DNA of 64,000 nt, from NCBI GenBank assembly GCA_002633005.1, contig NMRA01000079.1, positions 58,330 through 122,329 on the forward strand. Direction: 5' to 3'. Of this stretch, positions 13,045-24,701 are shown one piece after another. The stretch comes from Phoronis australis (taxonomy: Eukaryota > Animalia > Phoronida). The notes beneath the pieces are model-generated. The model did not search any database, was not told the DNA's origin, and was given only the letters and a program-made list of their open reading frames with translations. Positions within the stretch are counted from its first letter, which is position 1, and each line of letters opens with the position of its first letter. Both the position numbers and the translations under genes were made by a program.

Positions 13045-14580
13045 CTACTTACTTCAATGTGAAGTGCCCATTCAATCGATCTTGTACTGTGCTAAAAACA
13101 GTTGGAATTGTTTTTTTTTCAATAGGACACATATTTTTCTAAAAAAAAATTATAGATAATTCTCCAAAATCCACTCGGGCTCTAGAATACGGAAGATAAC
13201 GACTTCGCCATGTAATAATCTATATCAAGGTACCTAAACTACACGGTTAACGGACTCATCAACACGGCCCACGGACGCATGAACAAGACTCACGGACCTG
13301 CAAACACCATCCACTGACTCACAAACACGGGAACGGAATCGCGAAATACGATCCACGCACACAAATACACGGGACACGGACTCGTATTCCCGAGGAAACA
13401 CGGTTAACGGACAAAATTGAGATGTCAGCTGACCCAGGAAGCCGATGAGTCCGTGACCCGTGTTTGGCGGTCCGTTAGCCGTGTTTCCTCGTGAATATGA
13501 ATCACTTGTATTTGGGTGCGTGGATCGTGTTTTGTGAGTCCGTTCCCGTGTTTGTGAGTCATTAGACGGTGTTTGCAGGTCCGTGAGTCGTGTTCATGCG
13601 TCCGTGCCCGTGTTTATGAGTCCGTTGACCGTTTAGGTACCTTGTATATGTAACAGCTTAGGCCGTCATGACAATTTGAGTCTGTACATTAGTATANGCA
13701 CAGGAAGAACCAGAATTTCTCCACATGCGCGCGGCGCGTCCAGCGTAAAATGTTGGGATACAGGGGTCTCGAGTATTTGCGTTTGCGGATCTTATTACTT
13801 AAAAACGGGGTTTGCACTGTGCATTCGACCCCGAACCCCCTGGGTGCGCGCATACGCTACTCAGCAATTCGCACCCTGAACTCGCAAATAGTATCCCCCC
13901 TACATGTAAATCCGCCACTGCTATTTACTTCAATGTGAAGTGCCCATTCAATCGATCTTGTACTGTGCTAAAAACAGTTGGAATTGTTAATTTTTTTTCA
14001 ATAGGACACATATTTTTCTAAAAAAAATTACAGATAATTCTCCAAAATCCATTCGGGCTCTAGAATACGGAAGATAACGACTTCGCCATGAAATAATCTA
14101 TATCAAGGTACCTAAACTACACGGTTAACGGACTCATCAACACGGCCCACGGACGCATGAACAAGACTCACGAACCTGCAAACACCGTCCACTGACTCAC
14201 AAACACGGGAACGGAATCACAGAATACGATCAACGCACCCAAATACACGGGACACGGACTCATATTCCCGAGGAAACACGGTTAACGGACAAAATTGAGA
14301 TGTCAGCTGACCCAGGAAGCCGATGAGTCCGTGACCCGTGTTTGGCGGTCCGTTAGCAGTGTTTCCTCGTGAATATGAGTCCGTGTCACGTGTATTTGGG
14401 TGCGTGGATCGTGTTTTGTGAGTCCGTTCCCGTGTTTGTGAGTCATTAGACGGTGTTTGCAGGTCCGTGAGTCGTGTTCATGCGTCCGTGCCCGTGTTTA
14501 TGAGTCCGTTGACCGTTTAGGTACCTTGTATATGTAACAGCTTAGGCCGTCATGACAATTTGAGTCTGTACATTAGTATA
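12828..14580 (+). repeat. ~870-bp tandem duplication joined at a single n (likely haplotype-overlap assembly artefact)
   Basis: 12828-13696 and 13698-14580 are nearly identical with small indels; the junction is the n at 13697. Confidence 0.85.
13226..13644. mobile_element. Foldback MITE with ~180-bp arms of ACACGG/GGACTC subrepeats (second copy 14104-14528)
   Basis: CAAGGTACCTAAAC...GTTTAGGTACCTTG; almost the whole element is an imperfect palindrome; TA-rich flanks. Confidence 0.8.
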
Positions 14581-16756
14581 GACCCACATTAACATACTCA
14601 AAAATTGTTGTGACAATTTGGGTAAATTGTGAATATTTGGGCCTGCATCGCTGTCTCAAATTGTCGAAAATTTGAAGTTGTAACAATTTGGGGTGTTATG
14701 AAGTTTTATGTCTGCATTTTGCCCCTGAGACGCTTTATGTGGGTTGTAATATTGATATTTGAGCATTCTTAAATGTGAAAAGAAATCTATTTTTGTTTAT
14801 AATTACCTTAACAAGCACTGCAGATACATTATTTTGGTGTTTTTATCAATGTTTCTATGCCACCTGAATTCAATGGCGGTGGGTATGACAAGAATTGAAA
14901 TAAATTAAGCAAAATTTCTCTTGTCCTAAAACCCGTGGTATCGGAAAATACAGGTAAATTAACAATGAAATTACTTGAGCTCCTTTGGAGCTGAAAAACA
15001 TCGATAATTTTCATGAACTTTGCAAATTTATATTTTTTATCAGTTTCAAGCTGCTGCATGATAAAATTGTACGATTTATAGAAATAAAGGCCGCAGTTGG
15101 TTAAAATTCTGTTTCTGCTTGTATCAGACATACGAATTAATACGTGTAAATTAATTTGATATCCCCACATGTTTTAGTGGTGCTTAGCTCCTCCCAGTCG
15201 TTGTGTGGGAGTGGCAGGAAGGAACGTGCCCCCCCCCCCAAACGCAACTTACAGTCGTTAGGGTGAACCATTCGTTGTGAAGGGCGGGAGATGGGCGGGG
15301 GGGTATCAGATGAAAAAAAGAAATCCCAGCGAAACGTGTAGAAGAGAGAAAAATTGAACAACACTTGTGAACTACCAGTGCTGAATTTATCGTTTAGGTC
15401 CCTAAAGTGACATTTTCGGAGGCATCCTGTTTTTTGCATACATACTTCAAAAGCCAAGAGAAAAATTGTTATGCACGGATTTTACAGAGGAAATTGATTC
15501 AAATTTTCAATAAAAAAAAAATAATAAGGTATACAAAGCTGTACTTCTTCCGATACCCTTTTCTGACAAGGGACAATGGAATCATCTTTCGTTCCACCTT
15601 TCATTGTTTTTTGAAATTGCATATCGTTTGGCACTGAAGCAGATGGGTTGTTAACAGAATGCAATGGGTCCTCTTGTTAAACATAGGGTCCAATAATCTA
15701 CTTTGCTGTTTGGGGGATGGTTTGATTTGGAACATACTGATTATGCAGAATAGAGAGTGAGTCAATTAATACATTAATTACACTTTATCATTCGTATAAA
15801 TGTCATCGTGACACCATCAGTTTTTTTAAACTGAAGATGAATTAATTTCCTTTCTAATATGGACAAGAGAAATCGGCTTAATACTAAATGACTCAGTATT
15901 ATAATTTAAGATCTAATCCTGAACAACACGCGTCTGAAGCTGCTTATGGTAAAATGTGTTTTTAAGTCAGGTTTAATGCAAACAAATTGATAGTATTTTG
16001 AGGAATTTTTAACGCAATTTTGTAAAATAACCTTGCCTAATGCCAGAAATTCATCGACAATTTCCGTGACTTAGTTCCCTGTTCATCAGTCGATGAACGA
16101 CGACCATGTTGTCCTTGAAGACGTTTTGATGCCACCCGAGCGTACAACTGTTATACAGTTATTTTGCGTGGTTCTTTCGGAATCAAGTTTTTGTTCTTGC
16201 TCTAAAAATGGTGTCTATTGTCCAACTGTTTAACCTTTTGTTTTGTAGCGGTGGTGTCATATGCAGCGTTGTGTTTTATGGGTGTCGTGGATGACCGCCG
16301 GTGTCGACCTGACGGATAGATGCTCAGTCGTTTTGAAGTTTGGATATTTAAAAAGCAGGAGTAAAAGGAGATTCGAATTGATTAAAACTACATTCTAATT
16401 TGTTGATGTTGTCGAAAATTACAAACAGTAGTTATGAGAAAGAATTTATCAGAGACTATGAAGCAACTCTAAAACTTTTAGAAGAAACTATAGTAGACTT
16501 ACAAGACATCACTCATGTTTTTAAGAGTCGGACTGGAGCGGGTTTCAAACCCCAGACAGCCCGTCAAAACTGCTTGTGCGCGACTTTTTATAACTAAACA
16601 AATGCAAATGAGGGTGAGTCCACGACATGATTGACGTAATGAAACACCCCTATTAGAAGAGTCAATTAATAAAATGGCACGAAATTTTAACTCTATAATT
16701 CACAAAGGGAGGGCGCGCCCGTCACAGTTTGCACATGAGGCATACATGAAGTAAAC

Positions 16757-17882
16757 CACACGCGCTTGGGTTTATCGCAAATGACGTCACTCAATAATAT
16801 ATATATATATAAGAAAACATAAAGGTTGGACACTCGAAATCTGTTTGCTCAGAATTTTCTACTCAAATGTGCATGGAACTCCACGAAACTAGCATCGGAC
16901 AACTCTTAGAATACTTTCTTTCATTCGATCTCTTCAAATTGCCTTCGAGTGGTGATTTGGCGACAAAAATGACAAAAGAATGCCAAAATCACAAATTCAA
17001 GGACGTGATTCCGTGATGTCATGGCAGACGGTCTTCGCACATCCGGGTTTTTGAAGGACGCTCGCGAGCTAAATCCGAAAGTCTAATTTCGCGCGACTTT
17101 CATCATCAATCCCTCGACTACTTGATCATGAGAAGCTGAGAGCACTTTATTGCCAAATAAATGTAATTACTCACATATTTGTGTCAAATATAAATTATCT
17201 TGATACTGTATTGATATGCGAAGTTTCTGTGTACTGTGATTTCTTATGAAGGTTTTACTTTTGGCCAAATCATTGAGTTAACTCGTCGGCCACGCGCATT
17301 GTAATACTTGCACGGACTGCGTTTCCAGTGGCCGAGTGTGTGTTGTGCTTCAATCAAAAAAGTGCGTAATGTCAAGATGAGAAACAAGATACGCCAGTTT
17401 ATGTAATAAAATTCTAAGTTAAGGGCTAAAATGAGCCGTCAGTGGAATAAAGTTACAAATAATCATTAAAATACAAACTTTAACATTCTCAATTAGTTGA
17501 GTTTTGGATTAGAGTTATTGAATTTGAAGTATAGGTTACTTGCTCAAACTCGAAGTTTCACCTACGTCAGGCGTACAAGTTGAAGCACAATAGAAATCCG
17601 CCATGTTTACTATTTCAGGTCCTTGAATTCAGAGTTTTGAGATTGTTTTGGAAATTCCATCACCAATTCACCACTCACGAAGACAGTTAATGGGATCTAG
17701 GAAAGATAAGGCTTCGAAGGTTTATGCAACACCAGACTGAGGGAGGTGCACGCAGATTTTATTTGGATTTTGGACAGTTGAAGTTGGGAGCCTCGGCTTG
17801 GCAAAGTTTAAGTGTCCAACCTTTATGTTTTCTTATATATATTATTGAGTAACGTCATTTGCGATAAACCCAAGCACCTGTG
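16757..17882 (+). mobile_element. 1.1-kb non-autonomous TIR element, CACA(G)...CTGTG, 8-bp TSD (hAT- or P-like), copy 1
   Basis: ~70-bp TIRs; perfect TSD AAGTAAAC at 16749-16756 and 17883-17890; homologues at 38671-39782 (inverted) and 63202-64000. Confidence 0.92.
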
Positions 17883-17978
17883 AAGTAAACCTAATTGAAG
17901 GCTTACTATGGCGTCACTCCAGTCACCGTAACTCCATCGTACCTCGCCGAAAATTCGAAGTGCGCACTGAAGATCTTG

Positions 17979-18704
17979 TAGCCAGCCAGCTAGCTGTTTA
18001 TGTATGAACACTAACATCAAAATACAGCTAGGTGCCAATGTGTGTTCAGGGCCGACAGACCTCGAAAGCTCTTAGGCCTACAGCCGGTGAATCTTGTATC
18101 AATATGAAGAGCTAAAGACCGGCATTCAAGTTGCCCGTTAAAACCGTCCATTTAAGTGAAAAACAATCTAATATAAATTTAACTTCATCTTCTTGCGTAG
18201 TTCTCTGCCTTTTCTAACAATGAAAAGTACGACGTCGTGTCACGCACACGCACCATTTTTTAAATTCTTGCGACATCTCTCGGGAGATGATGAAACATCG
18301 CGGCAGCAAAATTTGTTCTGAAACTCGATTTCATGGTATTAAAATTCTACAAACTTATACTGAAAGGATACCAGATCAGATAATTTGCTGTGACGGGTAC
18401 GCAGCCTCGTGAAAGGACAACAGTTGACTGAAGAAAAGACGAAAAATAGGAACTGGGCACTAGGTGACGAAATACTTCATGGCGCAGAAAGCCAACGCTA
18501 CAGATTGCATTACAATTTCAGTAGCAGAATCACAGTAGAAGGCCAATTTTTCCAACGCCGGTAAATAATTTAGATTACTCAAGGAAGAATGTAGTTTTTA
18601 ATGACACTAATTAATTTTTTGTTAGGTTTTCTTTTGTCAGTATTTATCCACATCGCCGAAGAGCTGTAGGTCTGCATTTCGTGCACAGCTTTGCACCAAG
18701 GCTA
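17979..18704 (+). repeat. ~725-bp dispersed repeat, copy a (TAGCC...CAAGGCTA)
   Basis: Collinear with 38616-38670 + 39791-40513 (TAGCCAGCCAGCTAGCTG, GACATCTCTC..GAGATGATGA, CTTTGC.CCAAGGCTA). Confidence 0.75.
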
Positions 18705-18749
18705 GAACAGATTCTTAGAATTTTGTCCTCATTCCGTCCTTGCTGCCCC

Positions 18750-19210
18750 AGTTTGCGGATGTACTGAAACCCTTTTACAGACGATGTCAAAAACTTTTAA
18801 CGAAGAGCGATTGTTTGCAATCACAGATATGTTCTTTAATGATATGCTCAGCCTGTAACGCAGTGTTGACAAACCATTAACAGACAAAACCCACTTCTCA
18901 AACAGGAGTTAATAAAACAGAAACATTTTTGTTTTTTTTTAAACAATTTGATATTACTGCACATTTGATAAGATAAGCCATCGGCATTTCAGCATACAGC
19001 TTAAGCCTTGTAGGGATTCACCAAATAAGTACGTAAAAATCTCATTACTGGGCCAAGTTCTTCACTGATAAAATGAATGAGAATAATTTTGCTTCAAAAC
19101 TCTAAATTCATAGCATGAAAACACTCTTTTCCTCCCGGATACAAAAGACAAACACTTCAATGAACACACGATCATACACACGTAGCAGGAACAATAGGTA
19201 TTTTGACTAC
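18750..19210 (+). repeat. Diverged ~450-bp duplicated segment, copy a
   Basis: Collinear with 22805-23220 (GATGTACTGAAA, AAAACTTTTAA, CGTAAAAATCTCATT, TGAGAATAATT, TAGCATGA). Confidence 0.65.
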
Positions 19211-21313
19211 AGTCATTGCAGAGTTGCAGCTACACTCACAATACACGCACCCAGCCTAAAATTTAGGGGGGTTCGAGTTTTTCGTTGTGTGAACCTTCTA
19301 CTGAAGCAGTTCCCAAAATCGGCAAACAAATTTTAAAAGAGAATGCCACCTCATTTAATTAGTCTTTTTCAACGTCTTAATCAGCCTATATCCCAATCAC
19401 CTCGTATACGGTCGATCTTACCTCCCAGAGAGGTGCCGCCTTAACCAGTGAGGAAGGTGAGAACCGACGTAGCGGTTCTTCTGCAGTTTGAGAGCCACTA
19501 TGGTGTGATGCATCGTTCCCGCTTGTGCAAACAATGAAGCTGCGAGGAAAGAGGGGATATCGTTTTTTTTTTCGATTTTCTCGAGAGCCCATAATGCTTC
19601 GGAAACGGCTCGCGATAGTGAAGAATGAGAAGTACGCCGTTAATATCAAGTATGAGGCCGTGAAGCTTCTCCGTGTCTGTCAGTGGCCTGCATTTCGTCG
19701 GATCGGTTGTTGATTAGTTTTTGATAATCGAGAATTGAAGTTGACCATGAAAATATAAACAATTACAATTAATTCAAGGCATGAGAACATAACGTTTTAT
19801 ATAACCTGTTTGATGACTTACTCGTTCGTCAGGCTTCTGTTTGGTCCTCTGGGTGTATGATGTTTTCGCCAGTTCGTTTTTGTCAGTCCTAAAAATGTCG
19901 TAAGCACACCTTTGTTTAGAACCGGTGCAAAATCAGGATGGTCCTTGAGACACGCCTGCGCTTCTCCAAGAAGGCGTTTAACTTAACGAATTTCGTGGCA
20001 GCAAACGCAAGCGTCAGTCGTTTTCATTATCGTGCATTTAGCTAACTGACACCATGACAATGGCATTCAAACGGTCTTCGGAATTACTACCCATATGTTC
20101 CGTTGTCTGTGCAAGTTCACGGCGCCTCTCTATTGTTTCTTAGCCAGTGTATTCCGGTTCCAATTGATTGCCTGTGAAACATAACGATCGACCTGTGAAG
20201 TCTTCGTCGGATGAGCACTCGTCTAAGTCGGGATTGCGAGTTGCCACCCTGACGTTTATCATCGTGCGTTCTGTTTCAAAATGATTCTCACTCTAACCAA
20301 TGCTTGAAACAAAGTCTTTCTCATTAGATACAGTTTGTAATGCCTTGAAGTGTTCGTGAGTGCAAATGTTTTGAGAACCCAAAACAATGAGTAAATCACT
20401 GCGTCACCGGCTTTAGATGCAATAAACGGGCACCAGGCCGTGTGAGCGCATGCTATGTCAGTGTTTGTTGACAGAAACCCGTTGCAAACTTATCACTCGA
20501 TTTTATATCCTATGGTGAGATGTTAGGGGTATCTTTATTTAGATATCCATATACATTATTTGAATCATTGTTGCTGTACAACTTTTGCCCTGACGGATCC
20601 AGTCTGTAGAAGGGTAAACTGATTTCGCGGCCATGACTAGCTTCAAAGTAGATTTGCAGTTTCGCAGCTAATTCACCGAAATAACCGCGTGCACATTTAG
20701 GCTCACTATTATAGTCTTTTCATGACTGGAAGTTTAGTTTCCAACATTGGCTGGTTTACGACCGCGATGTCTTCAGTCAGGCCGCGATGGGCCTTATCGG
20801 ATTCTGAGCCACTGGCCGGTATAACAAGCGTTTCATGTGCTTAGAACTGAAAAAAATCGCAAGTCTAAAATTACAATACACAGTTATGTTCTCCTGTCTG
20901 TATTTCGCGGACGAATGATTTCAATTTATCAGCGAACAGACCCCTAACTCCCGCGACCGACACTGGTAAATTGGCCTAACGAACTCTTTAGGCTACGGTA
21001 CGTTTAAATACCCTTAAACTCCGTAACAGTGAAATAAAATAACACTTTTGTTCAACAACTCGATGTATTTGTAAGGTTTTTACATCAAATTTTGATGATT
21101 TATTGGTGTAAATCTACGAATTCAAGAGATAAGCAGACACCAGTAAGCGTGTTGTGAACTGCTGAACAGACTGCATTCGAACATCTGACGTCATTGGTTA
21201 ATTTCAACACTTCCGTCTGCCGTTAGGTAAAAGAGCTGAACTTGCTGTTATCGAGTGGAACTACTCAATCTTAATTGACACAAACTAGGTTGTTTTTTGG
21301 GTGGCATTCTCAT

Positions 21314-21371
21314 TTAACACTGCGCGCGCCAGGAGATATGACGTCATACCACTTGCAGCGCGCAGTGTTAA
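21314..21371. mobile_element. 50-bp TTAA-flanked mini-element (piggyBac-like MITE)
   Basis: TTAA-CACTGCGCGC...TATGACGTCATA...GCGCGCAGTG-TTAA. Confidence 0.6.
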
Positions 21372-21714
21372 AAAGGCGAGTTTCCGATTTTGGGAACTGA
21401 ACGAGGTACTGCTCGAAGAAAGAAGTTTGATAACGGGAGTATTTCGTCGAGTTGGAAGGAATTAAATTCATCGACGGCCTCTTAAAGTGTCCCTCTATGC
21501 GCAAAACGTATTTATAACAAAGTGACTTTGATGTTTAAATCAGTGTGAGGCATAACTCGCCGAAAAGCTTACGGCGTATGAAGCTCCTATAGGACCTATA
21601 CCTTTTCTAGTTACCTAGTGACGGTGTCTCTAGTTAGCTAAAGACGGTGGTCACTCTCTGATACGTGTGCAAATACAATGTATGACGGTGGGTATTATCA
21701 TACAAGAGTATTTG

Positions 21715-21855
21715 TAAAGTTCAATAGCTATCTCGTGGCGAGAAAAATCTAGTCAAAATTGCATGCCTTCAATAAAAACACACGGCGATATCTCGCGGAA
21801 TCTCACTAGATCTTGCTTTTCCAGGGAAGCACTAGTGTCAAATGAATTCAACCCT
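21715..21855 (+). mobile_element. ~140-bp MITE, diverged copy (family of 34202-34352 and 59348-59503)
   Basis: Shared core AAAATCTAG...AAA.ACA.G.C.ATATCT...TCTTGCTTTT. Confidence 0.55.
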
Positions 21856-22804
21856 TGAATGATGACTTCGAACTTAGGCCGCTGAGGTTGAAAAGGTTCC
21901 ACAGCAACTTAAGGGAAATATACAGCGACTTCTATTGGTGTGATTCACACCATTCTCCTGTATTTGTTTTGTCGTCATTTTAGACGTTTTAAATAGAAGT
22001 ATGAAAAGGCCCCTAGTCTGTTGTACAAAATTTATAAAATGCCAAACGATGATGCTCATTTCATTGGTGGCAGTGTTGAACTTTACATATGAATTTAGAA
22101 ATGAATTAATTTCTTAAGATAGTAAAATCTAGTGGGGTTTATCGTGAACAAGAAACTTGGAACACACTAATACGATTATTATCTTCATAAAGAAAGTGGA
22201 CTCTGGAAAATATCAATATTCCTAACAGCGAGACAGTGTTACGTTTTTAGTGAGCACCTGTTGCGTAGTTGTCAACATTCGAAAAAAACGAGACAACTAA
22301 CTGGATTGAAAATCGAGACATGTGAGATAATGAAAAAAACGCAATAGCGAAGTATTCGACAGAACCCCCAAAGAATTCCGACAGCGTTTCTGTCGAGCGG
22401 CAGACGTACATGTATCACCCAAAACCGCTCCACGGCGTTGTTTGCTGTTATAGTCAAGACGGAAAATAGGGCTACGACAATTTGCAAGTGCAATGTACAC
22501 CGCAGGTAACGCAGCGTATTTGATTGCATTCCTTGTCGGGATAAACTTTATTTTTTATTTTTATTTCACGGCTACATGTAAATCCTAAAGATAACATTAT
22601 TGCTTAGAACAAATATTATATCCGGGTGCAGTTACCTTAGCATGTTACATATAAATATATTTATGACCTCATATAACAACAGGTCAAAGATATTTGAAGC
22701 AAAAATGTCGTTATTTATCGTTGGGACTTTTCGTTGCAAAAGCATTCATTTGGTAAAGCTCAATGCGATAGTAGTTTGTGATGACCTTCCAAGCGCAAAG
22801 TATT

Positions 22805-23220
22805 GCAGTGTGCAGATGTACTGAAATCTTTTTCCAAACGACAGCAAAACTTTTAATAGTTGGTGACTGTTTACTGTCATAGATAAGTTGCCAATAACAT
22901 GTTTCGTCTGTAAGACAGGGCTGACAGACTCTTAACAAGTAAAACCAACGTCCCAAAAGCAATTAATCAAACAGAAAAAACAAGTGTTCTTGTATACGTG
23001 TACGTTAAATAAACACTAAATTAAACGATGGACATTTCGATATCACATTTAAGTCACGTAGGGAGCCGCAAAATGGGAACGTAAAAATCTCATTTTTAAA
23101 CGTGAAGAAATGATTGAGAATAATTGTTCCTCAGGAACTCGTAGCATGACAAAAATTTCTTCCTGTCACATACAAAAACAAAGCACTTGAACACAAGGAA
23201 TTTGTATTTTTACTACGAAC
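22805..23220 (+). repeat. Diverged ~420-bp duplicated segment, copy b
   Basis: Collinear with 18750-19210. Confidence 0.65.
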
Positions 23221-24621
23221 TCAGTAAAAGATGAGACTACTCACAAATTAAGCAGAAATATGGATCTTTGAACATCAACAAAATATAAACACGATGTTGA
23301 CAGTGTGGCCAATAAATACTCCTTACAGACAATACATAGCATGTACATGGACATATAATTTACAAGTTGTCACATCATAGACGTCTCGTCTTTTTACTCT
23401 ATGCACAGACAGCTCAATAAAACGATCATTAACAAAGTTATTATCAGTTTTTTTGGCCAAAAACGCATTTTTGGTAGTACTAGAGAGGTTTCGCAAAGAT
23501 ACGTGAACGTGAATTATCACGCGTATAATTGCACGTGCCGATTACGTTACGGAAAGAAAAATGGGTTTCGAATTACTGAGCTCAGGGTGTTCAGTTATCG
23601 TAGCACATATCCGCTAGGTTACAAACTATTTACAAATCACTTTGCAAATGCAACTCTCTTATTTTCATTCTCACAACATCTAACGCAAATCAATCAATTA
23701 AATTTAGTCAATTCTTTTAATTAATTGTGCGATGAGATTCAACATGTTGTATTCTACAGCTAACCTTCCTCCATTTCCTTCCTCTCCATTTCAAACTTAT
23801 ATTTTTCCAGCGTTATCTCTTGCTCTCGTATTTTCACCTCTGCATCATGTTTTTTCTTCGAGGAAGTTTATGGACAATCGGTACAGGTACGTTTTACAGA
23901 CTCCTGGATGAAACATGTTTTGTTTAATGTACTGTATGTTAATGTATTGTGTTCTGGAATAAATGTTCAATGTGAAAAAAGTGGCTTCTACAAACTCATG
24001 TGAAAAATGGTCAACTCTTGTAGTTTGAAATACATATACATGTATGCGTGTAAATTAAACAATGAACACAAAATCATATCTGATAAAAATTCATTCTAGT
24101 TCGATATTATCCAGCGAACCCGGACGGAGTAAGGATTTTGGAAGAGGGCCTTCATTCAGCTGGACTTTAAGAACACTTGTAGACAAAAAATCGGGTTCAT
24201 TTTATTCTGAAGCAAAGAAGAGAGATTGAGAACCCTGTCAAAATAAAAATCAATTTGATGTCTTGCCAAATAAAAATTAAAAAGGTGGCATAAGTTTGGC
24301 GTTTAAACCGACGTAATTCTTCCTGTATTCTCGTACAGTAAGCGAACACTATCGGGATTACGTCACAGCCAACAGTGCAAACATTCGCTGAGCGAAGGAC
24401 AGTGTCCTTACCATTTTAACCCGTGTAATGCATGGGATTTGGTTCAGCCGTAAGAGTTCACCTGGTTCTTCAGTACTGTGTGGTCTCGATTCCGACCTCC
24501 TATTAGCTTCTGTAAAATTATTTTTCTCCCGGCGAATGTGGATGGATGCAAAACGTCAATCGAAACAGCAAATACTACAACCGGATGTTACTAATACACT
24601 TACACTGTGCATACATGTATT

Positions 24622-24661
24622 TGTGTGTGTGTGTGTGTGCGTGTGTGTGCGCGTGTGTGTG
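24622..24661. repeat. (GT)n microsatellite in the GPCR 3' UTR
   Basis: Direct reading. Confidence 0.95.
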
Positions 24662-24701
24662 CTGTATCAAAGCAGCGTTCAACACAGGAAGCGGCGACGT
24701 T

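Noticed and set aside
16400-16597. 65-aa coiled-coil-like ORF
   Set aside because: No ATG start, no clear splice context, no recognisable family.
16757-17882. Transib/RAG-RSS-like element (CAC termini)
   Set aside because: The TSD is 8 bp, not the 5 bp of Transib, and there is no heptamer-spacer-nonamer layout.
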